Positions 25,578 to 38,433 of a stretch of DNA of 64,000 nt are shown here, piece by piece. The notes under the pieces were generated by a model. The model was given only the letters and a program-made list of their open reading frames with translations. It had not been told where the DNA came from and made no database searches. This DNA comes from Setoptus koraiensis (lineage: Eukaryota; Animalia; Arthropoda), in the NCBI GenBank assembly GCA_048013815.1, contig CM106586.1, positions 10,230,001-10,294,000 on the forward strand, written 5' to 3'. Numbering within the stretch: the first letter of the stretch is position 1; each line of letters starts with the position of its first letter. Made by a program: the position numbers and the translations under genes.

Positions 25578-28500
25578 TCATCTTTTTGCCATCATGATAC
25601 TAGAACTACCAGGGCTTGAATCTTTGCTCGGATCCTCTACACGTCTCCTTATTGCTTTGATCTTTCTGAGACGTTCTACCCAATTGGAGACATAAGGCTC
25701 CTTTTTATTGAGAATTGTCTCATCGCTCGAGCGCTGTCTTCTTTCGTAGATCATCGAGGCCAACTTTAAATAGGAGAGCAAGAACTAGTTTTAGTGAGGG
25801 TAGCATAAGAACCGGGTCAGATAATTGAAGATTGATGCATATACTTACATTCAAGTGTATGGCTATTTGACGGGTATATAACGATAGTCCTTCATTGGTG
25901 ACGATTTTTGGCTCAATTGTTGGAATGATTTGGGCTAGATCTGTCAGACAAATATTATAAATATAGCGTTAGCTTCAATTCATAATGGAATAAAGTTTCT
26001 AGAAAGCTAAAAAGAGATGGAGCTTCTACCTGGAAGTGCTTTAATTGTAACCAAATTGGTATCCTCTTCTACAGGTGTAATTTCAATGCACGCTAAGATA
26101 CACTGACCCTCGCCCTAAAATTGGTAGCGATAAAAATTAATAACATTATATTATACACTATTAGAGTGGCCAGCAAAAATAGACCAAGCTGTTAATTGCA
26201 ACACTTACTTTGATTGTAATGAGTTCAAACGGTGTTCCACTATCGTTATAAACTATACAAACATGATCGTTTCCAATGTGGCGAATCTTCTCATTACATT
26301 GCAGATCATTGGGACGTATTGGCATCAATGTTGCTATGTGAAATACAACTTGCGTTATACTATCTTGCCAAAAATAAGTGAACTGGCCATCCAAACCATT
26401 GACGTCCAGCCCTCCAATGAAATGTGTCTGAGTGTCTATATCGGAGAGGTTTATTAAGGTTCCTAAATTTCTAAGAAACTCTACATAACGTCTGGAACCA
26501 TGCTTGTTGGCCAATATTTCCGTACGATTTTTCACTTGGCCCTTTCTGACATAAACAACACCTATCTTGTGCGTTTCATAAGGCTGTATACGATCAAAAA
26601 CTTTCAGTGCCACATCTGTCTTACTATCCTTAGGGAGAAGGATCATTTCGGGGGATGAGAGTGGGGGCATATGACCCAGATTGTTCTGCAATCGAGTCAA
26701 CCAGCAAGTATTTCCGGTTGGTCGACGTATCAAAATCTCTGCCCAACCCTGACACCAACAATTACATGGGTTGTCACATAGACTTCCATGCGATGATGGC
26801 GCGTTGCATCTGCTTGTCGAAATTGTTATCAATGAATTCCCATGTAACCAGGTCTGACTGTTGCTTCTATCAATGAGATAATCAGAGCAAGGGTTCTTAT
26901 GTTGGATGTCCGAGCATTGTCCGTGTGTGTAGCGAGATATCAGATCTGTGCAAGTTTCTATTAATTCCTCGTTAAGTTGTTTGGATGAGGCCTGATTTGT
27001 TTGATGATATCCGGGGGCTGCTGGATCACTATTATTGAAAGAAAAAGCCGAAGGTGATGATGGTGAATTCGGTGGTGGTGATGAAGGTACCTGAGACGAA
27101 TGTGCCATTAAAGCAGAACCTATGCTATTCTGACGATACTCAAATCTACTATGGGGTGCAATTATTATTTCGGTTGTGTTTGACGCAATAAAATATTAAA
27201 AATATTACGGATGCAAGAGTAATTGTTTGAGTAAACACGGGGGTATTTCACGGAGGGGAATTTTTAGTAAACGTCCAACCAATTATATTATATTCAAACG
27301 GGCACAATCAATCGGTGGAAAACAAGCGGACATGTGTTTTAAAGTAAAGAAACATTCAGTTAATTATTGTAAGGTTGACTAGTTGGGACAGTATAGACTA
27401 TAGGTTAAAGGACATAAATCAAAACTAAATTAGCTAAGCAAACATAGTTTAACGAAATGTCTAGCAAAGCGTTGAACGGAAGTTCTGCATGCGCGTAGAG
27501 AGAAATATCTAGGTGATTCATTGAGATCTATTACCTTCGAAAACTGTTCTCCGTTTTCAAGCTTAGACTTCGTTTTCTTGATTGATCAACAAAAGGTGAT
27601 GTCGTCGCCGAGACTGAATGCGGAGGAGTACTATGTTGCGCAAACACCGGAGAATAAGGTGCTGCTGGTTGTGCGTTCTCCTTGAAGGGTTGTAGTACAT
27701 GTGACTCTAGATTCTGTAGATCGAGAGTTTGAATGAGTTAAATTAAACTAATTCTAATACTTATATGACAATGTGATTTTGTTACTACAAACATAAAGAC
27801 AACATACCCTTTTAATATACTCCACAAAATCCTTACGAAATGTAGGACGACATTTGAGGAACCACATCGCTATCACTCTATGGGCCATCGATATTACATA
27901 CTCATTGAACCTGAGATGAGGCGAATCAATAAGTTTAATATCAATATTAATATTGAATTAATGCACAACATTATGAGTTAGTAAGAGATATTTGGGTACT
28001 CACTTGAAGGGATTAGTAAATGGTAGGGCTATTGCGAATATACAGATGTATTCATCACCAGCAAAATTTTCGCATAGCTTAGGAAATAATATTAGATACG
28101 ACAAAAAATCCAATTGACATGGGGCCAAATGAACAGTTGCCGAAAACTTGGATAACTTCATCAAGATTTGCGGCAAGAATCGCATCATGTTGAGACTTTC
28201 ATGCATCTCAATGAGACACATAGTGATGATAGAAATGCATTGAGTTTGTGAGAGGCGTAGCCCCTCTTCAAATGTAGCCAGCAACGTTTTGTGATGCTTG
28301 GTTTCTAATTCTTTTTTGTAATATATAAGAGACGTCATGGCCTTGTAGATGAGACTTCTCATGTTGTTCTTGGGATATTGCTTATTAAATTTATCAGCAT
28401 TGAGGCGTATAAGATCCGATAAACCTCTACATATGTTATCAACTATGCTAGGTCCAGCCGATAAGACTAGTGATCTGTTGGCTAATAATTCCGGAAGGCC

Positions 28501-30291
28501 TTCTAAAACAGGTCGTAGAACATCATAATCTGTCTCGAGATTGATACAATCGACAATGGCTGTAAACATACCAAGAAGATCTACAACAGCAGGTTCTTGG
28601 ATGCCACCATTATAATTAGATAAACTTAACATTGAACAGTATTGGTCTGATACCAAAGTAGGACTGCTTGGTTTGCTATTAGGGCCCACATTTCCTTTGG
28701 ATTGGTCTAATCTTTTGCATATCAAGAAGGGCGAGTATTTTATTTTATTATGTTCACTCATCGAGTGCATAGTTGTTTCAATTGTTACTTGCTTTGAGTG
28801 CTCACTGATTGATTGTATTGGTTGCTCCTCTGATGTATCAATCCCGAGTTGACAATTCTCATTAGCCCTCAAAATGAGTAGAAGGGAGAACAGCTCTTGT
28901 CGGATCAATGGTACCTCTGCTGGTTGTGGTGCTTGGAGTGGATGTTTGTACGTCTGATACAGGTAATCTAAAAGTATCTCTAATATCTGAATGGCAGGAT
29001 CTATTGGTAAGCAAAAGAGTTTGGTCTTAAAAATCTTGGTCAGGCCTTTTATTGCCACACGACTATCGATTATATCCGCATTGTCAAAGATGTAGACAAG
29101 ATCGTTGGACTGATCACCTATTTGGGCATATTTGAATGGCTTGACAAGAATCTACAGCAAAAAATGTTACGTATTAATGAAAGTGAGATCCAACTACAAG
29201 TATTAGAGGATAGAAAATGTCTTGAATTAAAACCAGTCACTTACTTTTTTGATGATCTTTAGAGCCTCTAGGCAATGCCTATGATTCAGGCACATAGAAG
29301 CGAAGTCCAATAACAAGTAAACGATTGATTTGCGTATGCTAAGATCATTTTCTTGATCAGCATTTAAAAAATTCGGGATGAATATTCTTTCCATCAATTC
29401 GTCCTCGTATATAGCTCTGTGAGTGGAAAATATTTGCGACAAGGCAGCTATTGATTTCAATCTGATTGCTTTCCGTGATTCATGTTTAAAAGATTTAGAT
29501 ATCAATCTTGAGAGGTTAGAGATGTACCTCTCATCTAATGTATTGACGATCTTTGTTCGATATTCCAACAGACCGATAATAATAGTTTCGTCAAATAAAT
29601 GATAGTATTTTTCAATCAAATTGTAAAGGTTGTCATCACAGCTATATATATTACCATGAGTACTTTCATTCAATAGTGTCATAGTGAGGTGTTGAAGTGT
29701 AGATTGTATCATTTCTAGAGATTCATCATTCCTGTTGGGTAGGCTATCACTTGATGGGGAAACTGACTGACCATGATTGTTGAGATGATACATAAGATCT
29801 GATATGTTGGTAAGAGCAACAGCAGACAAATTCATTGCATATTGGGAAATGTTATTGGATGATTGAATGTTATTATGGTTAGAAGATGTTGTCGAATTGG
29901 ACGACCTATTTATGGTACTGTTGTTAGATGGCGGGGCCGATTGGTATGGTGTTGTTGAATTAGTGTTGCTCTGAGGATGGCCATTGAAAGGTGCCAGAGC
30001 AGAGGAGGGTTTTGTCAGCTTGTTAGCAAAAGAATCACAGATGTTTATTATGAGATCCCAATCGTATATTTCGAACTTGACAGACCATCGATCAACTAAT
30101 TGTTCCGCTATTGAGGCAACTCTTAAAGCAACTTGAACCCTGTCGCTATCCAGAGCATCGAGGCAAGATTTCAAGATAGCTGTCACTTGAATTCTAGCCA
30201 TATCTGTGTCTAGATTATGTTGTTGTTGTTGAGGCTGCTGAAAGAATTGTACAGAATCATTATTTGGATTTTGTTGAGGTGCCTTATCCAT
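25578..30291 (-). CDS. TSC2: Tuberin (TSC2/gigas), 8 exons: 30291-29245, 29151-28004, 27910-27808, 27713-27535, 27148-26209, 26114-26030, 25940-25849, 25763-25578; about 1259 aa
   Basis: Motifs [42 protein letters not shown] (Akt-type site), CQGWAEILIRRPTGNTCW, Rap-GAP domain YETHKIGVVYV...FHIATLMP...KIRHIGNDHVCIVYNDSG (Asn thumb), C-terminal SNWVERLRKIK. All 7 introns are GT-AG with consistent phases. Confidence 0.96.
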
Positions 30292-32048
30292 GTTTTTGCC
30301 CGACAGAAAATGTTAGTTATTAATAATAATATCGATATTATACAGTGTTGTCTAATGGGCTGTGTGAGACGATTTGATAGACGAGAAGAATAATTGATAA
30401 TTTACCATAAATGACGATAATAGTGATAATCGTTTTGCTTTGTTGACAATATAAATAATAATAATAAATACATATATAAGATGACAATGATGATGACTAT
30501 GATGATGAGGATGATGATGACGAACAATGGTGGTGGTGGTGGTGCTGCTGCTGTTGTTAGAGTAGTTGGCTGTAGTTGTTGTAGTTGTAGAACATAGAGA
30601 GCGAAGGTAGCAGCATCAATGGTGGTGCTAGATGTAGTGTTTGTAGTAGTAGTGGTGGTGGTGGTGGTAGTAGTTGCAGTAATGGTTGTGGTGGGAGAAG
30701 TATGTGTGGTTGTGTAGTTGTTGTTGAACGAATTTTTAATGCAATCACAGTTAGCTCGATTATTTCTTTTGAGCTCCCAGCGCCATATTCAAAGTGCAAA
30801 AAATGCGATGCTCACACTAATATATAGACGTGCGCAAGATAGCTTCACCAGTGAATGTTCACGATATAGCAAGATAAATATAAATTGCGAAAAAACGAAT
30901 TAACGACAACAAAACACACCAGACAAAACAATGCAAACACCTTGAAAATTTCAGACATTCTGTCACAAACTGTTTGTGTGTGCGTGCGTGTGACTGTCTT
31001 GATGCAGCTGATTCAATGATAAAAGAATGCTGCGAATGTTGGTTGTTCACTGTCGAAGCATAGTCATCGTTTCATCGCCGAATAAACATCGACTCTCATA
31101 TAGTATCTCGAGGTTGGATGGGTCTAGTGGCACCAACACTCAATATCGGTACTAGATTGGTACGCTGTCACATCAACAGTCGTAGACATTGGTGACTATC
31201 GAGACGCCAACAACCAATATCAAACAACTTGACTAGCGAAATCTTTTGTGGCACAACGAAGTTTATACTGTATATGGCCCCACGGCGATAAATCTGAAAT
31301 CGCAAGAAATTCTCGCGTTGTCTCTGACATGAGTAGTAGATTGGCGAGATCTCCGCGAGAGAATTGCTAATGCTTCTCTTTGCGCTCGCTCGTAAGCCAG
31401 TCGCGAAGCCACACATTGTACCCGATCCCTTGTTGTCATTGTAGATCGAGTTACTCGTTTTTCCTCCAAGCGCGTGAATGTTACATTCACGCTAACGACC
31501 TTGAAGTCGAGCATAATACAAAAGTTTGTCATTGAAGCTAATGGAGAGCACGGTTCAAAATAGCTTCCGATTAGATGTCAGTGTATCTTGATCAGAATAC
31601 ACAATAAGACCATGTCCATTACAAGCGTACAATTTGGAGCAAAACATTTTGTGAAGTTACAGACAGTCAATTAAATACATGTATTGGCAAGCACCTGTAA
31701 TATATTCGAAAATCAGATTGAATATTTGACAAGTAATAAATAAAGATAATGATGATCTGACTATCACTTCCGACAACGACGTTCAATATAGGCTTAGCTA
31801 TGAATATGTGACAGAGTGAATTTGACAGATTCACTGTGAATAGTGTTTGAAATTCGCGCAAATCGTGGTACGTGCTCTAGCTCTATTCATTCTTGAAAAT
31901 CAATCTCAATATTTTTACACGTGCGATAAAAATAATTTTTATCTTATATGTACTACTTGAATGAATTAATTATTATCCCTTCAGAAGCTTGACCGCCCGT
32001 TCCAGCACTGAGTTATCAAGACCGTTCTGCATTTTATTTCCCATCGAG

Positions 32049-33434
32049 ATGTGCCCCGTCAAAGTCGTTGTTGATCGGAAGGCGGTTGATTATACATCGC
32101 TCAACAAAAGGTTTAGACCAGACAGTCAACAGGCGGAACAGTATTTTTCCTTGTACAACGCCAGATTAAATCTGATTAGGAACTCTCTTATCGCACGCTC
32201 TAAGTCCAAGTGGGGCCCGAACGTCCGTAACGTTTCCCTTGGCTCACTGAATGATTCTCTAGGAAATGAATCTGTGTTTATTATTGGAACACTTTTCAAG
32301 ATAATGTCTAAACAACCTTCAATCTTGAAAGAAATCGACCCTCAGCACCATAGCATCAAGAGGTTCGATTTGAGTTGCACATCGACCAATTATACTAGTG
32401 ATGAGGATACAATTGTGCTCCATGAGCAAGAAGAAGATGTCAAACTCGCAGGACAGATTGATATTCATAAACATGTTACTGGAATTCCTGTTGCATTGCT
32501 CGGTTATCAAGTTGACTCTGGGGCCAAATTTTATGTTACCGACATATGTTACAGCGGACCAGTGTTGTCTGTTTATAGACCGATAAGCAAACCATCTGAA
32601 TCGCATGACACTAATCTGACACGAAAAGTTATGTTAATATCAGGACTTGAATTCGGTTTCGCTTCCACTAACGAATACTCTGAAGATAAATGCCAAGAGA
32701 TAATCAAAGCCCTCAGGATGTTGCAGGCTTTTATTTGCGGAGGTACAGGTGATAGTGCGGATTATTACAGCTCAAAGATTTCCAGAGTAATAATCGCGGG
32801 AAACTCGATCGCCTCAGGCATCGCGAGAGCTAAGCAAGTGAATAATGATGTGATTGTACCAGATAAAGTTCCAACTACACCAGCCCTCCTTAGCGTTGTC
32901 AAGAAGCTAGATGATTACCTTTTTACACTGCAGCAAACCGTAGACGTGGACATGATGCCAGGTCATAACGATCCAACTACCTTCCTTCTTCCCCAGCAAC
33001 CATTCCATCCAAAACTTTTTCCCAGATCATCCTGCATGACGAGCTTCAATCCAGTAACCAATCCTCATATTGCAGAATATGATGGCAAGTTATTCTTAGG
33101 CACATCTGGGCAAACTATCGATGCAATCCGTCAATACAGTCGCTTCGAAGATAGTACAACTATCATCAAACATACCTTGGAGTGGGGACATTTGGCGCCC
33201 TCAGCACCAGACAATCTGAGTTGTGTTCCTTTTTCTGTTCAAGATCCCTTCATCATTGACTTTACTCCTGATGTCTATTTCGCCGGTAACCAACCAGAAT
33301 TCGCAGTGACAACATATTCCAGTGAGGTTAGACCTAAAATTCAACTGATATCTGTTCCCCGATTCACTGAAAGTCTCAGCTGTGTTCTGGTAGATCTTAC
33401 AACATTGGACTGCCAACTGATGAGCTTCAAATAA
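32049..33434 (+). CDS. POLD2: DNA polymerase delta subunit 2 (p50), intronless, 461 aa
   Basis: QYFSLYNARL, IIGTLFK, SILKEI, HVTGIPVALLG, VIIAGNS, VDMMPGHNDPTTFLLPQQPFHP, VTNP, LGTSGQ, WGHLAPSAPDNLSCVPF..QDPFII..PDVYFAGNQ. First in-frame ATG at 32049. Confidence 0.96.
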   Translation: MCPVKVVVDRKAVDYTSLNKRFRPDSQQAEQYFSLYNARLNLIRNSLIARSKSKWGPNVRNVSLGSLNDSLGNESVFIIGTLFKIMSKQPSILKEIDPQHHSIKRFDLSCTSTNYTSDEDTIVLHEQEEDVKLAGQIDIHKHVTGIPVALLGYQVDSGAKFYVTDICYSGPVLSVYRPISKPSESHDTNLTRKVMLISGLEFGFASTNEYSEDKCQEIIKALRMLQAFICGGTGDSADYYSSKISRVIIAGNSIASGIARAKQVNNDVIVPDKVPTTPALLSVVKKLDDYLFTLQQTVDVDMMPGHNDPTTFLLPQQPFHPKLFPRSSCMTSFNPVTNPHIAEYDGKLFLGTSGQTIDAIRQYSRFEDSTTIIKHTLEWGHLAPSAPDNLSCVPFSVQDPFIIDFTPDVYFAGNQPEFAVTTYSSEVRPKIQLISVPRFTESLSCVLVDLTTLDCQLMSFK

Positions 33435-33525
33435 TCTCAATATAATTATTATATTATAAATATTGATCAGCGTAAAAAACATATATTTATTTCTTATGTG
33501 AGCTCTCTTAAAATCTTCTACAAAA

Positions 33526-34721
33526 TCAAAAGTGTTTTGTCGAATCTATGGAAAAATCATTGAGATTACTTGGAGTTAAATTATTCGATAAAGTATACTC
33601 TGATAATCCAATATATAGTGATGCTGCTAATCCAACAAGACTTGCCATAGTTAGACTATAAGGTAGTATAATGCAAGTGCACACACCCAACCCAAAATAG
33701 ATAGCGTATCTGTAATAATTTGCTTCCTGTGGTATAACCGTCATTTTTTTGGCATGACAGGTGCCTTTATCCATGAAATAGTTCTGAGAACATCGCAAAC
33801 ACATGTCTGGTCCATCTCCGTTGCAACCATCACAGGCTCTATCGCATTCTGGAATATTTAGATAGAAGATGTGAAAACTAAGTTTTATTGTACTTAGAGT
33901 GTTACTTCTGCACATCGAGATATCCTCTACTTACCATAGCAGAAGTATGAACCTTCAGTATTGACACAAAAAGTGTTTTTACCACATATTTGTCCATTCT
34001 CTTGGATGCATTCATCAATATCCACACATCCATAATTGTCTAGCCAATGGAATCCCGTCTCACACACCTCACATCCTCTGGAACCTGCCTCTCGGCAGAA
34101 TTTGCATGATCGGTGACATTTTAAACAGTTTGTAATTTCTGTATCTCCTATGGATTCTCGATAGTAGCCTGGCAGACATTTTGAACAATCCTCTCCAGAA
34201 AATCCGGGCAGACAAAGACATGTTCCATTTCCTTTGCGCGTGCCTTCACCATCACATACCATATTCTTTGGACATGACGGACAATCTTTGCAGTTGGGTC
34301 CAAATTTTTTAGGGAAACAGCACGTTTTCAATTTGTTGACACAGATGTGATCGAATATCCTGACGTTTTTGTACCTGTGCAGCCGTAGCCATTCTTCAAT
34401 CTCGGACTGGTGGTCCTCTAAGAAGAGATAACACTGCTCCTTCTCGTAGTCTGAATGAAACGATTGACAAGTTCTTTTTTTGATCAGAGCTATTAAATTA
34501 GCGGGATCGAGTGAGTCTTTTCCTTTCGCTTGTGATGCAACGAGATTCTCGCTGAATGAATCAATAGTGCTCTTGCATGTATGGCAATCAAATTTTGTCT
34601 CGACATGAATATTTGTTTGTGATATGGAAGAATCCTTCTGGGTCTGACTGCCCCGGCAAATGGTCGTCCAACTTTGTAAACTAATTATCAATATGATAAT
34701 GGCACTCAAGTCTGTGCCCAT
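33526..34721 (-). CDS. CRELD1: Cysteine-rich with EGF-like domains protein, membrane-anchored (CRELD1-like), 2 exons (34721-33935, 33848-33526)
   Basis: Signal peptide, N-terminal CHTC, EGF/furin-like repeats (CDGEGTRKGNGTCLC, CHRSC..C, CVDIDEC...C.NTEGSYFC, ECDRACDGC.GDGPDMC), C-terminal hydrophobic segments; phase 1 intron G|GTAAGT...CAG|AA. Confidence 0.9.
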
Positions 34722-35275
34722 GATTAAGTAGAATTTACACCCACGACAACTATGCAACTTTTGTTTTTTTAAGAATTAAGGTTGAAAATATAGATGCTGG
34801 AAGATTAGATTTAGGTTATTTGTGTGTACGTGTCTCAGAGCAGTGTCTTGGTTATGTTCCTATTTATTACACAATGTGTTAACCGAGCATAAAACATAAT
34901 GCGCTGATATGTTGGCCCATCGTTCGGCCCAGTACCCCGAGGGGAACTCACATGCGCACTGGCCCCACTCATATTGGCCATTGAGTGTATTAGCCTGAGA
35001 GGCCCAGCTTGTGTTCCGAGTTCCATATAATCAGTGCATGATGCAAAAGGCATGCCATTCCTCATGAGCCTTGCGTTTAGAATGCAAAAAGACATTCTCT
35101 TGACAAGTGCCCGTAATGTCTTCTAATGCAAGACATATATCTGACTGACAAAGTATAGCTATGAGTAGTAGGGATCAATAATGAATTAGTAGCATGTGGC
35201 GGTAACAGTGGTGGTATTAGTGTGATTAGATATGAAAAGCACGAATAATATTTATTGTTTTTTGTTTTACCAATT

Positions 35276-35722
35276 TTACATTGTTGCAGCTGGTGTCTCT
35301 GAAGTAGTAGTTTGTGCAGTAACGCCGGCCGCTGAATCAAAATCTGTACCAACCAATTCTGGCACTTCATCTTCGGCATCATCAGCCTCGGCGTCGTCTC
35401 CTCCTGTGGCTTCGGCATTTAAAATGCGAGGCACTAAATCGGTAACTTGTTTGGTCTCTGCATGGCCCGTAACAGCGAAGGTGTTTGCCGGCAGTGAGGC
35501 TTGAACCTTTGGGTTGTTGAAGTGAATAACATGGCCATCGTCTTTGATCATGTGAACCTCTTCAATTCCTGGTATTGAATTGACGGCCAGCTTCTTGAGG
35601 GAATTCTGTAATTTTTTATCATCTGTGTTTGTTTTGTGCACCACCTTCTTCTTTCGTCTTTGGGTTCCTTTGCCGCCGATCCTCACTTGGCTTTGCATTT
35701 TACTGAGCCTCTCCGCGTTCAT
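35276..35722 (-). CDS. BTF3: Nascent polypeptide-associated complex beta subunit (BTF3/bicaudal), intronless
   Basis: [71 protein letters not shown]. Confidence 0.97.
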   Translation of the reverse strand: MNAERLSKMQSQVRIGGKGTQRRKKKVVHKTNTDDKKLQNSLKKLAVNSIPGIEEVHMIKDDGHVIHFNNPKVQASLPANTFAVTGHAETKQVTDLVPRILNAEATGGDDAEADDAEDEVPELVGTDFDSAAGVTAQTTTSETPAATM

Positions 35723-38433
35723 CTTGATGGTGGTGTGTGTGTGTGTGTGTGTATTTATATTTAGAATTTGCTAATAGCGAGAGAGTGGAAACGGCGAAAA
35801 AAATCCCAGCTGAACCGTAGAAATAATGTCCAATTACAACAATGGTGATAATGACGAAGTAATTGATAGTTGTAGTAAAATTAGTGATAATAATACTATG
35901 GAGGTATATTGGATAATTGATTGTTAATATATAATAATAACGATAGTCTGCGAGAGAAAGTAAGAGGCTAATCTACGATGGCGACGACGATATAGACAAC
36001 GTGTTTTGCCTTATCACCATCGTTCGACGCAGTGTGTGCGTCTGTGTGTGTGTCTGTGCGTGTGTGTGTGTGTGTGAACAAACAGCATTGTACTCATGCT
36101 GTTACTCAGTGCTGCCGCTTGCGACGCCGCTTGCGAAAACCGCTTTCAGTGCGCACTTTACACGCTCGCAAGTCGCGATGATATTCATGAATCCAAGTCG
36201 GCACAGAATTCAATCACAATGCGCACAGGGAACAGAAGCGATGAAAATAATTATTATTTCCGGGGGAGTGTCCCCATCTCTAGTTACTTGTAATCTAATC
36301 ACTTGTTATCCGATTGGCCCAATGTAAGCCGGTTAGTGGCAACGTCCATGTAACAATCAACAATGACAATGTTTGCAACTCGTCCAAACAGGTCAAATAT
36401 GTTGATTGAAGCGTTATCGGCGTGGCCCAGAGCCAAGTTCGGACCGAAATCAAATCCTCTGACTTGTGAGCGGCGCAGCAACCAACCATGAACATTGAGA
36501 ACGTTTCAGAGATTTCGATTTTTTTTCTTTTCTTTCTGCATTTCACTGCTTGTGCACTTCCGTCTGCGTCGAACGAGATGTTCGAAAGAAACAAATGAAT
36601 CCGACTGACCGAATTCAACTCATTCATGCCACAAATGTGAACAATATGAACCTGAAACGATGCTGTATCGACGCTGTTGCGATTTGATCTCGACAGGCTG
36701 TCGACGACAGCCACTCTACAGGTGAACCTGTGAAATCGGCATCATAATTAACCGCGCTGATGATGATCTAGAAAAGGTAGAATGTTTATGAAAATATCCA
36801 CGCTTCATTATATAAATAGAATTACATAAATAGATGAACATTCCTGCGCAATTGGTTGCGCTAGTTTCACGCGCTGCATGGCTAACTTTTCACAATTTTC
36901 GCGCTTCCAATTCAATTATCAAGTCGGAGCCATAAGATAGAAAAGTATTCCTTTTCGAAACAACTCCAGAGGGAGCACTTAGACCAACAAATTGTGAGGC
37001 GGGCGATCTCCTGTCCAAATAAAAGTTGTTGCACCAGCACGAGAGTGCAGCGAGAACTTTATTTGAGTCGAGAAACTGAAGCTCTATTCGCGTTTCTAAG
37101 ACGATCTGAGGATAATGTGTGGGACACACGATGCGAAAAGATACATCAGCGATTTATTCTTAGCTCGTATGTACATTCCACGAGACACAAAGTCTGGAGC
37201 GGCGAAGAGGAGAGAAAGAATAGGAACTTCAACACATGTACTATTGCTGTATGGATGGAACTGGCTAAACGCTATTTGAAAGAATAGTTGCGCAAAGACA
37301 AAATTCTTGGTGATGTTTCATGGCTGCTCATAATTGCCATCGTCTTCAAGGCTTTATCGAGGATTCTCCATTAAGATATTCGAAATAACCTATCCATTCA
37401 AAGAGCCTTCTCAAGCCCTGCGGACAGATAGAGATATAGCAACATTACATATGTATACCATTCTAGCAGACGTTTGCTTCTTGACTTCTCATAATCACAA
37501 TTCGCGTTAGCCGCTTGCAACGGTATTTCTATTCAGAGTACATGTTGTTGTCTTGTTTTGTCGTTATTGTTGCGGTAGAATCGGTAGCGTTTGCACATAC
37601 TTCACATAAAATCGTAAAGTCAACATGATGAAACATCACTATTCCGAGAGTGCTCATCAGGCCAATAGAGACCTCAATTAACTAGTTATTATTATACCCC
37701 TTAAAACGTGTTTGTTTATACTCTATTGCATCTATACCAAATGTGGAGCATAAAGAAGCCTTTCGATTATCCACATGTGTGTGAGTAGAGAGAGAAAATA
37801 ATTTAAATTCCAAACTTGTCCGTTTGTCTAGACCATACGCCTATATATCACAACAATTATGATGTGAATGTAACCCTCTAACAAAAACAAAGTTAGCTCG
37901 TCATTCTGATATTGCCTATTTTTCAGCATGCAACATACATATATGTATATATATATGACCATGTTCTAGTCAGAAACAATCAGCATTCTTCTTCTTCTTA
38001 TTCTTGTTTATTTATACTACCAGTGCATTTGTTACCCTTGCGTTTCTGTTAGTATCATTGAGATTTTTGCCCTCACTTTTCAGTTGTTCATTTTTGGACT
38101 TAAACACCTGAATTACGCATTCTGAAGTACTAATAAATACTAAATTTATATCAATGTTAGTTAGTTTGGAGGCAAACAAATGAAAACACTTTTTGTCAAC
38201 TACTGCGCGAATGGAAGATGAGTCAGTCTGCTCATCATGTGCTGGAAACAAGTTAGTTAGTTTTGCATTACAAAGCAATAGTTATCCAATCATATAGTTG
38301 AATAGTATTCTGAGCTAGTCATCAAACAACATGATCGAAATCGCACTAAATGATGCTTCGTGGACCAAACACATTGCTTGACAATCAACTCGATCATTTC
38401 ACTTTTTTTTCAAGTTTAGTTAGATAGTCGACA

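Noticed and set aside
30330-30337. DRE-like palindrome TATCGATA 40 nt upstream of the TSC2 ATG
   Set aside because: A single AT-rich 8-mer is expected about once per window; DREF usage in this lineage is unknown.
36488-36598. 36-aa signal-peptide-like mini ORF (MNIENVSEISIFFLFFLHFTACA...)
   Set aside because: The hydrophobicity comes from a T-run; no mature region or splice donor follows.
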